Source of the DNA: a virus
Reading direction: 5' to 3' (one strand)
DNA length: 64,000 nucleotides
IMG/VR virus record: IMGVR_UViG_3300044977_000094
Location: 64,001-128,000 of that record
Part shown: piece after piece, positions 41,168-51,815 of the stretch
Layout of the letters: every line of letters begins with the position of its first letter
Position numbering within the stretch: position 1 is the first letter of the stretch
Translations under genes and position numbers: made by a program
The notes under the pieces: model-generated
Databases searched by the model: none
Seen by the model: only the letters and a program-made list of their open reading frames with translations
What the model was told of the DNA's origin: nothing

Positions 41168-41353
41168 TCACCGGGTGCCTCCCCGGTTCGGCGGCCGCAG
41201 CTCCACCCCGGCCCGCACCAGCATGTTCCGCGTCGCCGTGTACGAGTAACCGATGCTCCCGGCAATGTTCCGGATGGTCTCGCCGGCCTCGTAGCGGGCC
41301 ACGACGTCGGCGACCAGGAGAGCGCGGGCCGGACCGCGGAGACGCCATGTCAT
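41168..41353 (-). CDS. HTH protein
   Basis: RYEAGETIRNIAGSIGYSYTATRNMLVRAGVELR. Confidence 0.8.
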   Translation of the reverse strand: MTWRLRGPARALLVADVVARYEAGETIRNIAGSIGYSYTATRNMLVRAGVELRPPNRGGTR

Positions 41354-41934
41354 GGCTGGTCACCGGCTTTCCCGTTGACGGCCGGGCCGAGGATGAGGCG
41401 TTTGCGGGCGTGCCCGACCCACTTAGCCGCCGTGGAGTGCGGCACGGTGAACCGATCGGCGACCGTGCGCGTCGGTGGCAGGCCGTGCGCCTCGGCTGAG
41501 CGGTACACATCGGCAACGGCGCGCAGGTGCTCATCGGTGATGCGGTTGCGGCGACCGGGGCGGACGGCTGGCGTGATGTCAGCCACGGGCGTAGCACCCG
41601 CAGCGCCCTCGCCGCCGTCTGCCCCGCACGCCAGGCAGGCGAAGCCCGCAGGCGGCTGGCCGTCGCACACGGTGCAGGTCTCGGGTGGCTCTAGCAGCTG
41701 GGCTGGTGTCACGCCGAGGGTCGATGCGAGGGCGAACAGGTCATCGACGTCGACGCGGCGGACGCCCAGCTCGATCTTGTTGAGCGCGTCCGTGCCAAGG
41801 GTGCGTCGGAGCTTCGTCGTCTCGGCGGCCAAGGCTCGAATGCTCAGACCGCGCTTGCGTCGCAACATCCGCACCTTCGCCATGACCATGCGACCGTTCG
41901 GGCCGAGCGCATCGGCCTGCTTTTGGCTCACCAC
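41350..41934 (-). CDS. XRE HTH + Zn-ribbon + HTH regulator
   Basis: LRRKRGLSIRALA..LNKIELGVRRVDVDDL; CTVC..CLAC. Confidence 0.75.
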   Translation of the reverse strand: MVSQKQADALGPNGRMVMAKVRMLRRKRGLSIRALAAETTKLRRTLGTDALNKIELGVRRVDVDDLFALASTLGVTPAQLLEPPETCTVCDGQPPAGFACLACGADGGEGAAGATPVADITPAVRPGRRNRITDEHLRAVADVYRSAEAHGLPPTRTVADRFTVPHSTAAKWVGHARKRLILGPAVNGKAGDQP

Positions 41935-42479
41935 TGCACCGCCTGTACGGCCGCCTGAGACGCGCTAGAGGGGGCTTGCGGCTCCGTGGACCCGGAAGGG
42001 GCCTTCAGGGCCACAGAGGGGCCGCCAGGGGCCGCCACGGGCGTGCTGGCGGCATCCGGCAGATCCCCAGCCTTCCTCGCCGCCTCGACCACGTCCCGCC
42101 GCGACCGAACCGAGTACATCGACCGCAGCCACCGCACCCGGCGCTCCACCTGGTCCTCCGACAGGCCCAGCTCCAAAGCCATCTGCCCGTCCGTCAAGCC
42201 GCGTTCCAGGCAGCGCAGGACCGGTGCGAGGGCCACGGGGCTCTTGTCGACCGGCGGCGGACCCGAGCGCTTCCTGGGCTGCGCGTACACCTCGCGGTCC
42301 TTCGGCCTGGGGGTGGGCTGGCGGATCGCCGACATGCGGCGGACCAGTTCGATCAGCTGGGACTCGCGGATGGGCTGCCCGTGCTCGGCCAGTCGGCCCT
42401 CGGCGGCGAACACGCGGGCGGTGCGGAGCATGCGCTCCTCGGTGAGCGTCAGCTTCCGTTGCTCGGTGGTGTCTGTCAT
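41928..42479 (-). CDS. LuxR-type HTH protein
   Basis: GLTDGQMALELGLSEDQVERRVRWL. Confidence 0.65.
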   Translation of the reverse strand: MTDTTEQRKLTLTEERMLRTARVFAAEGRLAEHGQPIRESQLIELVRRMSAIRQPTPRPKDREVYAQPRKRSGPPPVDKSPVALAPVLRCLERGLTDGQMALELGLSEDQVERRVRWLRSMYSVRSRRDVVEAARKAGDLPDAASTPVAAPGGPSVALKAPSGSTEPQAPSSASQAAVQAVQW

Positions 42480-42558
42480 GTGCTTCTCCGGTGGTTGGTG
42501 CTGGCGGCGAATCTCGTACGGCGGCGAAACTGGCCGCTTGGTCAGTTAGCGGCGGCGT

Positions 42559-43424
42559 TCAGGCACGGGGATGTGGCGGCGGGACCTCGGCGGCGGACGT
42601 GATCCGCGCCAGGTGCGGCGCGTCGTGGGGCCGCCTGTCGACGAGCCCGGTGCAGCGTTGGCCCACGGGGGCTTTGCAGCGCGGGCAGCTGACGGCCAGG
42701 GCCGGATGCCGGGCGGGCCAGTTCATCGCGGCCCGGACGTCGTCGGCGCCGGTCATGAGCCGGCCTCGTCCCGCGTGGGCGGCACGAACGGCTCGGTGGG
42801 TGCCGGGATGGCGCGGGCCGTGGCTGCTCGGCGCTGCTCGGCTTCGTGCCGGGCCTGCTCGGGCGACATGCGGGGCTCGACCCCGGGGAGTCCGGCTGCC
42901 TCGGAACGTGCCGGGTGCGGCGGTCGGCGTGCGCCCTTGGGGGTGCGGCAGTCGCGTCCGACGAGGGCCTTGCAGGTGGGGCATTCGACGGAGCGGGCTC
43001 CGGGTCGGTGGTCGGGTCCGTCGCTTAGGACGGGCCGGCCGATCTCCGCAAGCCGTACCTCGACGCTGCGGTGTGGTCCGCCGGTGAGCATCGGCGTGCC
43101 GGCGGATGCGGCGTGGCCTGCGGCGACGGCGCGGAGCTGGCCGCGGAGCCGGGTGAGGTACTGGTCCACGGTCTCGTCGCCGCAGGGCTCGTACTGGAAT
43201 CCGTCGAGCCGGGCGGTGCGGGCCTTGCGGACCTCGGTGATGATCTCGGCGGGTGCGATGAACGGCTGGCGGGCGGCGAGTTCGGCGCAGGCGGTGCGGC
43301 AGGCGTCCAGGTCGTAGTTGGCGAGCAGGTCGTGCCAGGCGTCCGGGGTGTACTCGTCGATCTTCTGGTGGGGGCACAGGGCCCGGACGTAGCGAACCAG
43401 GAGCACGGCGTCGGCGGGGGTCAC
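42559..43424 (-). CDS. Two Zn-finger replication-associated proteins (42753-43424 possible helicase loader; 42559-42756)
   Basis: CPTCKA.VG..C...H..R and CPRCKA.VG..C...H..R motifs, directly downstream of the initiator. Confidence 0.6.
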
Positions 43425-44542
43425 TGGTTCTCCTGCTGCATGCGGGCGTTGGCGCGGGCCATGGCGCGGTCGAACAGGTCGTCGGTCTGCTGCTGCGGGT
43501 TTGGTCGGGCCTGGCGCTGCTGGCGCAGGGCGGCGAGGCGCAGCTGGTCGTACTTCTGGCGCAGCTTGGGGGTGCTGAGGATGTTGGCCTGCCAGAACTC
43601 GTCGTTCTGGCACCAGTCGACGGCGGCGAGGACTTGGTCGAGGGTGCGGCCGTCGAGGTCGATCATTCGGCGGGCGGCGTCGCGCCAGCGCTGGGTGATG
43701 TTGGGGCGCTTGGATCCGTTGGCTTCGATGCGGTTGGCGAGGGCGAGGCAGATCAGTTCGACGTCTTCGCGGGCGGGTTCGACAACGCCCTCCTCTTCGA
43801 CCGCTTCGAGGGCACCTTCGGGGTCGTCGTCGGCCGGCTCGGCTGCCGACGCTTTTTCCTCCTGCTCCCTTGCTCCCTGCTCCCTGCTCCCTGCTCCCTG
43901 CTCAGGAGTGAGACCCTCGTGAGACTCTCCGGAGACCCTCATGAGGTCCTCATGAATCTCGACGTCAAGGGGGTGGCCTGCGGTGATGCCATGGACATTG
44001 CCATTCGGCCGGAGCTTGTCGCTCAGGTGGAGCAGTTGGCCTTCGACAACCCCCTCCCCCCTTGAAATCAACCCTCCAGGGGTTGTTCCGGAGGTGCCGG
44101 AAACAGGCGGAGAGACCCTCATGAGACCCTCATGAGACTTTCGTGAGCGCGTGAATTCGCGAGGCGGATTCGCTCCGCGCCACATGGTGAAGGCGTCGTG
44201 CTCGTCGTCCGGACAGGGCGGGATCCGGGACTTCCCCGGATGCTGCGGCCGCTGGTGCTCGGCCCAGTTCGGGCAGTGCAGATAGGTGCGGCCGTCGACC
44301 ACGTACCGGCATACCGGGCCGGCCTCGGCGATGACCTCCAGCCAGTCGTCGATGACCTCGGCCGTAATGTCGCGGTCGCGGGGGAAGCAGTCAGCGGCGA
44401 TGAGCATTCCGTCGTCCACGCCGCGGCCGTGGTCATCGAGATACCCCCAGAGAAGGATGAAGAACAGCCGCACCTCGCGCGGCCACAGCGACACGGTGAT
44501 GGAGGTGCGCAGCTCCGGCTTGATGGAACGGATACGGGCCAT
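43421..44542 (-). CDS. Phage replication initiator (main prophage)
   Basis: MARIRSIKPE..DDHGRG..NWAEHQR N-domain, FWQANILS..KLRQKYDQL C-domain, internal iterons. Confidence 0.82.
   Translation of the reverse strand: MARIRSIKPELRTSITVSLWPREVRLFFILLWGYLDDHGRGVDDGMLIAADCFPRDRDITAEVIDDWLEVIAEAGPVCRYVVDGRTYLHCPNWAEHQRPQHPGKSRIPPCPDDEHDAFTMWRGANPPREFTRSRKSHEGLMRVSPPVSGTSGTTPGGLISRGEGVVEGQLLHLSDKLRPNGNVHGITAGHPLDVEIHEDLMRVSGESHEGLTPEQGAGSREQGAREQEEKASAAEPADDDPEGALEAVEEEGVVEPAREDVELICLALANRIEANGSKRPNITQRWRDAARRMIDLDGRTLDQVLAAVDWCQNDEFWQANILSTPKLRQKYDQLRLAALRQQRQARPNPQQQTDDLFDRAMARANARMQQENQ
43909..44146. repeat. Iterons (origin 2): 11-bp TGAGACCCTCA tandem units in two clusters
   Basis: Four units at 43909-43952 and three at 44111-44143, inside the initiator gene. 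Confidence 0.7.
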
Positions 44543-44626
44543 GTGCGGACTTCTCTCGGCGCGGGATCGGACAGGAACTTGGGAGCAAGGGGTGCGGGGC
44601 GGCCGACAGGCCGCCCCACAGGGCTG

Positions 44627-45466
44627 CTATTTGGGCTCGGGGTACTGCTCGGGGTTGGCGCCCCCGGCCTTGAACCCCAGGACGTTGATCTCCGAGCCCG
44701 CGCGGTAGAGGTTCCACGCCTTGATGACGAGCGCGGTCACGTGGGCCTCATCCGGGCGCCCGGCGCCCTTCGCGAGGTTGTCGAGCGCGCGGCGCAGGGC
44801 GTAGATCGGATCGCCCTGGGGGAGGCCGGCGCCGTCGTACAGGCGCGCGTAGAAGAAGGCGCAGTCGCTGGTGTTGATGCGGTTGAACAGCCAGTGGCAC
44901 AGGGAAGCGGTTCCGGCGCTGAGAGCGCCCGCGACAGTGACCCGCTTGCCCACCTCGACGGACCGGCGGAGCTCGGGGTGATCTTCCAGGATGGCCAAGA
45001 GCTGAATGTGAGTGGGGCGCGTGCCGCCCTTGAGGCTTTTGCGCATGCCCTGCTTCCACTGGTAGACGCGCAGGCATACGGCGGCGAGCGGGACGACGTA
45101 GGACTCGCCGTTCAGTCGCAGGACATCGGCGAAGGTGCGCTTCGCGCCGGTGTCCATGGTCATCTGGGTCTCGTCGGGCAGGTTGCGGATGACGAGCATG
45201 CGCAGGGTCACGCCGGACTTGACGATCGCGGCGAGCCGGTGCTGGCCGTCGAGGAGGACGCCGGTGACGGAGAACTTGATCGACTGCCCGTTCTCGGGCC
45301 AGTGTCCGGCGGCCATGTCCACGGCGTATCCGTCGACGACCTGCTCGCGGATGTTGCGGTTGTGGGTGTTGTGGTCCAGCCATTCCTTGGCGAGGCCCGG
45401 CGTGACGTCGACGATCTCGTAGGAGGGGTCGCCTGCCGTGGCTCCGATTACGATGGGGAGGGTCAT
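44627..45466 (-). CDS. ParB/Srx-like N-terminal domain protein
   Basis: VTP.LA.EWL..N..NR....V..YA.DM..G.W...LLDGQHRLAAI. Confidence 0.75.
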   Translation of the reverse strand: MTLPIVIGATAGDPSYEIVDVTPGLAKEWLDHNTHNRNIREQVVDGYAVDMAAGHWPENGQSIKFSVTGVLLDGQHRLAAIVKSGVTLRMLVIRNLPDETQMTMDTGAKRTFADVLRLNGESYVVPLAAVCLRVYQWKQGMRKSLKGGTRPTHIQLLAILEDHPELRRSVEVGKRVTVAGALSAGTASLCHWLFNRINTSDCAFFYARLYDGAGLPQGDPIYALRRALDNLAKGAGRPDEAHVTALVIKAWNLYRAGSEINVLGFKAGGANPEQYPEPK

Positions 45467-46342
45467 CTACTGCTCCTTGCTGAGGGAGTTGGCGACATCG
45501 GAGAGGGTGTCGCTGAGGGTGTTGAGGCTCGCCGTCCACCACTGGCGAGCCTCTTCGTCTGCCGTGGCTTCTGCGAGGTTCATGGCCTGCAGAAGCGCGG
45601 CGGTGTGCTCCAGTGCGCCGAGCAGGTCGGGCACGTGGCGGTGGGTCATCTCCCGGTTGCGGCTGAACCGGTCGTCTTGGGTGAGCCGGGCGAGCTTCTC
45701 GGTGGTGCGCGTGAGGTCGCGGGTGGCTTCGGTGAACGCCTCGGGGAGGGGGCGCCGCTTGGGCTTCGCGGGCTCCGGCGTAGGGGTGGTGACGGTCGGG
45801 GAGACGGTCTCCAGGCTGGTGTAGTCCAGGACGTGGGACTGCCCGGGGTGGGCGTCCTCATCGGGCTCCAGCCACTCACTGCCTGCGAATTCGTCCGTGG
45901 CCTCTTGGCTGCGCTGCTGCTGGACGTAGTTGATGCCGCGCCGTACTGCCTGCTGGCGCCAGTCGGCCTCAGGCCGGGACGAGCTGTAGCTCTTGCCGTC
46001 GGTCCCGGTGATCTCGTCAGGTGTCGTACTTTCCGACACCTGACGTAGGTCCTTGGTGATGGTCTTGTCGCTGATGCCAGTGGCCGCGACGATCGCACGA
46101 ATGCTCAGCCCCGACTCCCTCAGCGAGGCGACGACTTCCTGTCGTTCCTCGCGGGGGAGCCGCAGCCGGGACGCCCCGAACTCCTCAGTGCAGTAGCTGT
46201 CCCAGTTCGGGTAGCCCAGCGCCGCCCAGGCGCGGCTGGTGTAGGCGTCCTGGATGAGGAGCCAGGTGCCCTCGACGGCGACCTTGATGCGGTCGGTGAG
46301 GACGCGGGCTTCCTGCTGGGTGGTGATGGCGATGTCAGTCAC
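45467..46342 (-). CDS. Hypothetical HTH-containing phage protein
   Basis: RAWAALGY.NW..YC..EF..LRESGLSIRAIVAATGISDKTI. Confidence 0.7.
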   Translation of the reverse strand: MTDIAITTQQEARVLTDRIKVAVEGTWLLIQDAYTSRAWAALGYPNWDSYCTEEFGASRLRLPREERQEVVASLRESGLSIRAIVAATGISDKTITKDLRQVSESTTPDEITGTDGKSYSSSRPEADWRQQAVRRGINYVQQQRSQEATDEFAGSEWLEPDEDAHPGQSHVLDYTSLETVSPTVTTPTPEPAKPKRRPLPEAFTEATRDLTRTTEKLARLTQDDRFSRNREMTHRHVPDLLGALEHTAALLQAMNLAEATADEEARQWWTASLNTLSDTLSDVANSLSKEQ

Positions 46343-46540
46343 GCGGCTTGCCCTCCTTCCGTTGTGCGATCTCGGTGGGTGTGAGCGGTTCGGGCTGCCC
46401 CGCGCGGGCCCACGGGGAGTGCGTGCGGCACAGGTAGGCGCCGCTGGCGTACTGCCTCACGTCGGGGTCACCGCACCTGCCGTCGGGGGTCCCGAAGCGG
46501 CAGGTCGGCGGGTAGACGAGGGTGCGGCTCATGTCGGCGG

Positions 46541-47380
46541 TCATGCCGGTACTCGTTCGCGCCAGCCGGGGCCGCGGCTGCCGGAGATCTGGCCGCGTAC
46601 GTATTTGATGCTCAGTCCGACGCGGGCGGCGATGTCTTCTTCGGCGACGCCGATCCTGGCCAGCCAGGCGACGTCGTCGGCGCGAATGACGGCGGCTTCG
46701 GCTTTGCACAGAACGGGCTCGGGCACGTCGGGCTCGGGCTGCGCGGCAGGATCGTCAATGTCGGCGCCCCACGCCGCAGGGCCGTCCCATCCGAGGCGTG
46801 CGGCACGCAACCGTGACCGCGTCGAACTGCCCGGAACGGCGACGAGGCTCTTGTAGGCGCGGGTGATGGCGGCGGCAGTGCTGGCCCGCACGGTTGGGGT
46901 GCCGTCTTCGACGACCTGCGACATGGCGGTGTGGCCGATGCCTGAGGCGGTGGTGATGTCCTTGACGGGGTGGCCGATGGCGATGAGGGCCCGGACGCGG
47001 CGACGGCTGCCTGTGGCGTCGACGTGCCGGTCTTGATAGCCGGGGAGTTGGTCGGCGCGCACGGCCAGGATGCGTGTGGCGATGGCCCGCCGGATGGGCG
47101 TGGGCCGTCCGCCGAGGATGGCTGCGGTGGTGGCTCGGGAGCATTCGGCCGCTGCGGCGATGTCTTCCTGGGTGGCGCCTTGGTGGAGGAGGTTGCGGAG
47201 GTGGGCGCGTGCGGGGCCCGGGTCGACGGTGAGGGATCGCCCGGTCTCCTTGAGGTAGCGGCGGCGCCTGTCGTAGAGGTATTCGGCTCGGCGGCAGGCG
47301 GGGCAGGGGCAGCGGGGGATGCCGGTTTGGGGGCGGCCGATGGCGCGGGCGTGGGTGCCGTGCGGCGGGAGGGGCTTCAC
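46541..47380 (-). CDS. HTH-containing phage protein
   Basis: HGT...C.CPAC N-terminus, VDATGSRRRVRALIAIG, WDGPAAW..DIDDP. Confidence 0.7.
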   Translation of the reverse strand: MKPLPPHGTHARAIGRPQTGIPRCPCPACRRAEYLYDRRRRYLKETGRSLTVDPGPARAHLRNLLHQGATQEDIAAAAECSRATTAAILGGRPTPIRRAIATRILAVRADQLPGYQDRHVDATGSRRRVRALIAIGHPVKDITTASGIGHTAMSQVVEDGTPTVRASTAAAITRAYKSLVAVPGSSTRSRLRAARLGWDGPAAWGADIDDPAAQPEPDVPEPVLCKAEAAVIRADDVAWLARIGVAEEDIAARVGLSIKYVRGQISGSRGPGWRERVPA

Positions 47381-47853
47381 GGGGTCACCGCCCCGGCGAG
47401 TTGCCAGACGCGGATGATGGCGCCGGGGGAGTCGAGGGCGTCGGGGTGCTCGCCGGGGAAGACCTTCGCGAGTTGCCGGTACTCGATGACTCGGGCGTCG
47501 TCAGCCCACACGCCGGCGGTGGTCAGGGCGTCCTCGGTGGACCGCAGAAGCTTGCTGAGGTCCGGGTAGCGGGTGGGCCAAGTGCGGGTTCGCTTCGGGG
47601 CACTGGCCGGCTTCGGCAGTGTGAACACCATGTCGGCGCACAGCGGGCCGTCGAGGATCGTCCAGTCGGCCCATGTGGCGAGCTGTTGCCGGGCCGCGGC
47701 CTCGACGGCGTTGCGCCACGGTGCGACCTTCTTGGAGGACTCCAGCAGGACTGCTGTGGACTTTCCGGTGGACTTGCTGGTCCGGTGGCCGACGTACTTC
47801 TTGCTGCCCTGCGGTGCTGGGATGCCGTGGACGGTGATGGTGAGTGGCGTCAT
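47377..47853 (-). CDS. rusA: RusA-like Holliday junction resolvase
   Basis: GIPAPQGSK...WR...PDLSKLLRSTEDALT.AGVWADDARV. Confidence 0.88.
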   Translation of the reverse strand: MTPLTITVHGIPAPQGSKKYVGHRTSKSTGKSTAVLLESSKKVAPWRNAVEAAARQQLATWADWTILDGPLCADMVFTLPKPASAPKRTRTWPTRYPDLSKLLRSTEDALTTAGVWADDARVIEYRQLAKVFPGEHPDALDSPGAIIRVWQLAGAVTP

Positions 47854-48161
47854 GCGACGGCCCTCGCCAGGCGGTAGCGGACGCGGTAGACGTTGTAGCG
47901 CTCTTCGGGGGTGAGGCCGCCGCGGATGCCGTCCCGCCCGTCGGTCTTGGAGCCGCCTTCGCTCTGGAGGGCGTCTTCGAGGCATTCACGGCGTACGGGG
48001 CAACTGAGGCAGATGGCCTTGGCAGTGTTGGCTTGCCGCATCCCGTGGGCATTGGTGTAGCTGTAGGGGAACCACAGTTCGGGGTCGTGGCCGAGGCAGG
48101 ACGCGATGTCGCGCCAGGTCTGCGTGGCGGTGCGTCCGGGCTTGTAGGCGACGGTGGTCAC
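47850..48161 (-). CDS. WhiB-family Fe-S transcription factor
   Basis: C..HDPELWFP...AKAICLSCPVRRECL...GIRGGLTPEER. Confidence 0.92.
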   Translation of the reverse strand: MTTVAYKPGRTATQTWRDIASCLGHDPELWFPYSYTNAHGMRQANTAKAICLSCPVRRECLEDALQSEGGSKTDGRDGIRGGLTPEERYNVYRVRYRLARAVA

Positions 48162-49594
48162 TTGGTGTGCCTCCTTGTCGCGGAGTGGGAGTGGTAGAGC
48201 TCGGCGATGACCAGGAAGGCGGCGTCGATGCTGTTCTGGTCGGCGGTACTCCAGATGGCGAGGGTGTCGATGCGCCGCGGCGCCGGCATGGGTTCGTCGT
48301 CGACGGTGCAGGCCCTGTACACGTCGGGCTCGGTGGCGGCGAGTCCTTCGGCGAGGGCGGCTGCGAGGGCGGTGCCGGCGCGGAGGCGGATCGCGATGCT
48401 GCCCACGGCGCGGCCCAGCCGGACGGCGATGGCGAGGAGGAGGTTCATTGCTCGTCCTCTCGCAGGTCGTTGCGGAGGCTGATGTGGGCCCAGGTGGCGA
48501 CGCCGAGGCAGACCACGACGAAGGCGACGCCAGCGGTGAGGGTGAGTCGGGGGTGGTCGAGGAGGATGAGCAGGGCGTGGAGCACGACGGGCTCCCTTCG
48601 GGTCTGGGGTGGTGGCCGCCGCCGGGGAGGGGAAGACCGACGGCGGCCGGCTGGTGGGCCGGGCAGGTCGCTGGGCTGCCCGGCGGGTGTCAGACGGCTT
48701 CGGCCGCTGTGGCCGGCTTTGCCTTCCGCGAGAACTTCGGCTTCCAGGTGACGTGCGGTGCGGGCCCGAGCGGCACCTCGTCGGGCGGCTCCGGCGGCAG
48801 CGGCGGGAGGCTGCTACGGGGCATGTCGGCGGGGATCGCCGCAGCCGGGTACTGGGCGGTCTCATCCGGGCCGAAGACCCGCTGCGCGGGCAACTGAACG
48901 GTGCTGGGACCGCAGTCGGGCTCCTTGGCCGGCGTGGGCTTGATCGGCTCGACCTTGGCCACGGGAGCCCGTGCCACCCGGAGCCGGTCCAGCAACGCCT
49001 TAACCTGGTCGATGGCCAGCTCGGCATCCCCGGCGAGCCACGCCAGGAACTCGCCGCGCTCACTGGTCACGGCACGCCGGTAGACGCGGCCGGCCTCGAA
49101 GGCGAAGTGGCGGCCCCACTCCTCGGCCTGCTCGCGGGTCCAGCAGTGCGCCCCGCCGCGGCCGGCCTCGGGGGTCAGCGGCTCCCACGTGGTGCCGTTC
49201 CAGTAGTCCGGGGCTCTGTAGCCGGCGTTGCTGTCGTAGACGACCCAGTCCCCGGCGGCGTCGGCGGCGATGCCGATGTACTTGCGTGGCCCGGCCCAGT
49301 GGCCCTCAACGGGGTAGCGGATGGATGTGGCGAGGTTGGCGAGGTCGGCGCGGGCTTCGGCGGCCTGGGCGCGGCGTGCAGCCTTGGTGGTCATCTCGGG
49401 TCTCCCTCGGCGGTGTTCTGGGCGTCGTCGATGGCCTGCTGCCACTGGGCGCGTTCTCTGCGGTATCGCTCGGACAGGTGGAGGCAGCTTTTGACGCTGG
49501 GAAGTCGCAGGCGTTGCGTGAGCTGCCGGATGTGGCGCTCGGCGATGTCGCGGGTCGTGTTGTCCGTCACGCGGAACGTGGTCGCGGGCGCCAT
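48158..49594 (-). CDS. Small hypothetical genes (48158-48448, 48690-49394, 49391-49594)
   Basis: Coupled ORFs with SDs. Confidence 0.55.
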
Positions 49595-49989
49595 CACGCG
49601 ACCTGCTTTCGGGCGGCGATGTCCGCGGCAGCGGCGGCGCGCAGGGCCTCGACGCCACCGGGCATGTAGGTGCCCTTCGGGGCCTTGGTCACGGCGCTGC
49701 CCTGCGGGAGGGGCTTGGTGCCGGCGACGAGGTCGAGGAGGTTCTGGCCGGGCCGGAACCTTGGGTGCTGGTGGGCGGGGATGCGGATGGGGGTGCCGTC
49801 CTGCGGGTTGCGGGCGGCGCGTTCGTGGCGTTCGACGGTCTCGAAGCGGCCGAAGCCGGTGACGCTGACGGGTTCTCCGGCGACGAGGCTGCGGGTGATG
49901 GTGTCCAGGACGGCGTCGACGGCTGCTTCGGCGGCGCGGCGGCCGCCGAGCTTGGCGGCGACGGCGTCGATGGGGTGGGCCTTGTTCAT
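49594..49989 (-). CDS. hup: HU-family DNA-binding protein
   Basis: MNK...A..AVDAVLDTI...V.VTGFG.FE..ER..R.ARNPQ.G..I.I....PRFRPG. Confidence 0.92.
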   Translation of the reverse strand: MNKAHPIDAVAAKLGGRRAAEAAVDAVLDTITRSLVAGEPVSVTGFGRFETVERHERAARNPQDGTPIRIPAHQHPRFRPGQNLLDLVAGTKPLPQGSAVTKAPKGTYMPGGVEALRAAAAADIAARKQVA

Positions 49990-50267
49990 TGCGTTCTCCG
50001 TGAGGGTGAAGGTGAGGGTGGGGCTCGAATTCAGGCGGACGTATCCGCAGGTCAGGTAAGAAGTGGCCTAGGCGGTGTCGGTGGGGCAGCCGCAGCCGGG
50101 CTCCAGGAGGCTCACGAACCCGGCGAAGCCGTGGTCTGCGCACTCCAGCCAGTTCTGCGGCAGGACCGGGTGCGGCCCGAAGCTGGCGTAGACGCTGGTG
50201 CGGCGTGGGCGCCACGGCAGCAGGGCCACGAGGTCGGCGGCGGCGAAGGCGGCCAGCCAGCGGGCGG

Positions 50268-51815
50268 TCACGACGTCGCCGCCGGTGCCGGCGTCCACGG
50301 GTGGTCGTTGCGGTGCGGGTCGCGGGCTTCGCTGGCGCGCTGCATCAGGGCCAGGCGCTCCGTCAGGGCGACGCGGGCACGGTGCTCGTCCCGCCACGCC
50401 TTCGCGGCGTCACCGCGGCTCGGATCCCACTCGGCGGGCTCCGACGCGCGGGCCAGCGCGGCCTTCGTGGTGTCCAGTTCCTCGGCCAGGCCCCGCAGCG
50501 TGATGTCCCGCTCGGCGATCTGCTCCCGCAGCGCGGCCACCGTCGGCGTGTCCGCGAGGCGGCGGGTCAGGGCCCTGTTCTCGCCCTCAAGCCCCGTGAT
50601 GATCTTCTTGAGGGCGGCGACCTCCGCTGAATCCATTGCCCCCGCCGTGCGAACGACGTTGTCGTACAGCTCCCGCAGCGTCGTCAGGTCCTGAGTGGTG
50701 CGGTCGTGCCGCTCGGCTTGGATGGCCTCCCGCTTCTTCCGCAGAGCGACCTCGGCGCGCAGGTCGCGGTTCTCGCGCCGCAGCTTGCGTCTGGACTTCA
50801 AGACCTCAGGCACGGCTCCTCCTCGGTGATCTCGGCGCGGTGGTTGGTGATCGAGTCGCGCAGTTCGCGGGCAGCGACCGCGGCGAGCAGCAGGTCCAGC
50901 AGGGGCGCCGGCTCCGGGCCGGCCGGCCTCAGGTCCACGGCGGCGGTCATCGCGCACCCCGATGACGCCAGGCGTTGAAGCAGATCCGCGACCAGCCGAA
51001 GGCCAGGAAGAGGACGAACAGGAAGGAGACGACATCCAGGGCGGAGTTCACGAGGGTCCCTTTCGGTGGCACGAATGGATCTGCTGTACGGGCGGGGCGG
51101 TGGGCGAGACCGCCCCGCTGGGTGGCTAGAACGGGGGCTCGTCCGAGATTTCGGGCCAGCGCTGCGACGGCCGCTTACGGGCCCGCTGGCCCATGTCCGA
51201 GAGTTCGAGGGCGTAGTCGACGGCGTCGTCGATGTTCAGTCCCGCGTCGTCCAGGCGGGACGCGAGCGCGTTCGCAGCCGCCCACCGGTCGTCCGAGCGG
51301 CCCTGCAACTCCTCCGCCACGTGCCGGACCAGCAAGTCGCGGTACGCCTCGGACAGCTTCCGGAACGCTGCCTGGTCCAGCCCGACCGTGACCGGCTTGG
51401 CCGCGGGCTCGTCGTCGGCCGGCACGGGCGGTGCCGCGTCCGCGTCGTAGCTGCGGTTGAAATCCTCCATGCGGTTCTCGATCGCCGCGTCCACGCTGAC
51501 GTGGCGCGACCGCAGCGCGTAGGCCAGCCCGTGGGCCAGCTCCTGCGCGGCGGGCTTCCCGTCGATCAACGTCTCGGCGATCACAGCGCCGACGATCCGT
51601 TGCGTGGCCGCCAAGTCCCGCTGGAGCTCACGAAGCTGCTCCTGCGCGTGGGCCTGCTGCTCCGGCAACTGAGCCAGCGTCGCGTGAGCGCCAGCCAAAG
51701 CCGCCAAGATCGCCGCCGACTCGGGATTGACGAACACCGCCTCCGGGCCCGTACCGCGCAACCAGGACGCCTGCGACAGGTACTTCTCCGCCGACGCGAA
51801 GTGGTTGACTGTCAT
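50268..51815 (-). CDS. Coiled-coil hypothetical proteins (50268-50813, 51126-51815) with small genes between
   Basis: Coupled ORFs. 51126-51815 ends DEPPF, an SSB-like acidic tail. Confidence 0.55.

Noticed and set aside
43855-43903. CCTGCTC heptamer tandem repeat as a contingency locus
   Set aside because: Encodes the low-complexity EQGAGSREQG linker usual in phage initiators; no evidence of phase variation
44198-46048. Long plus-strand ORFs (also 13-885, 21817-23289 minus, 52100-53329 and similar)
   Set aside because: Antisense shadows of real genes caused by high GC3; no recognisable motifs
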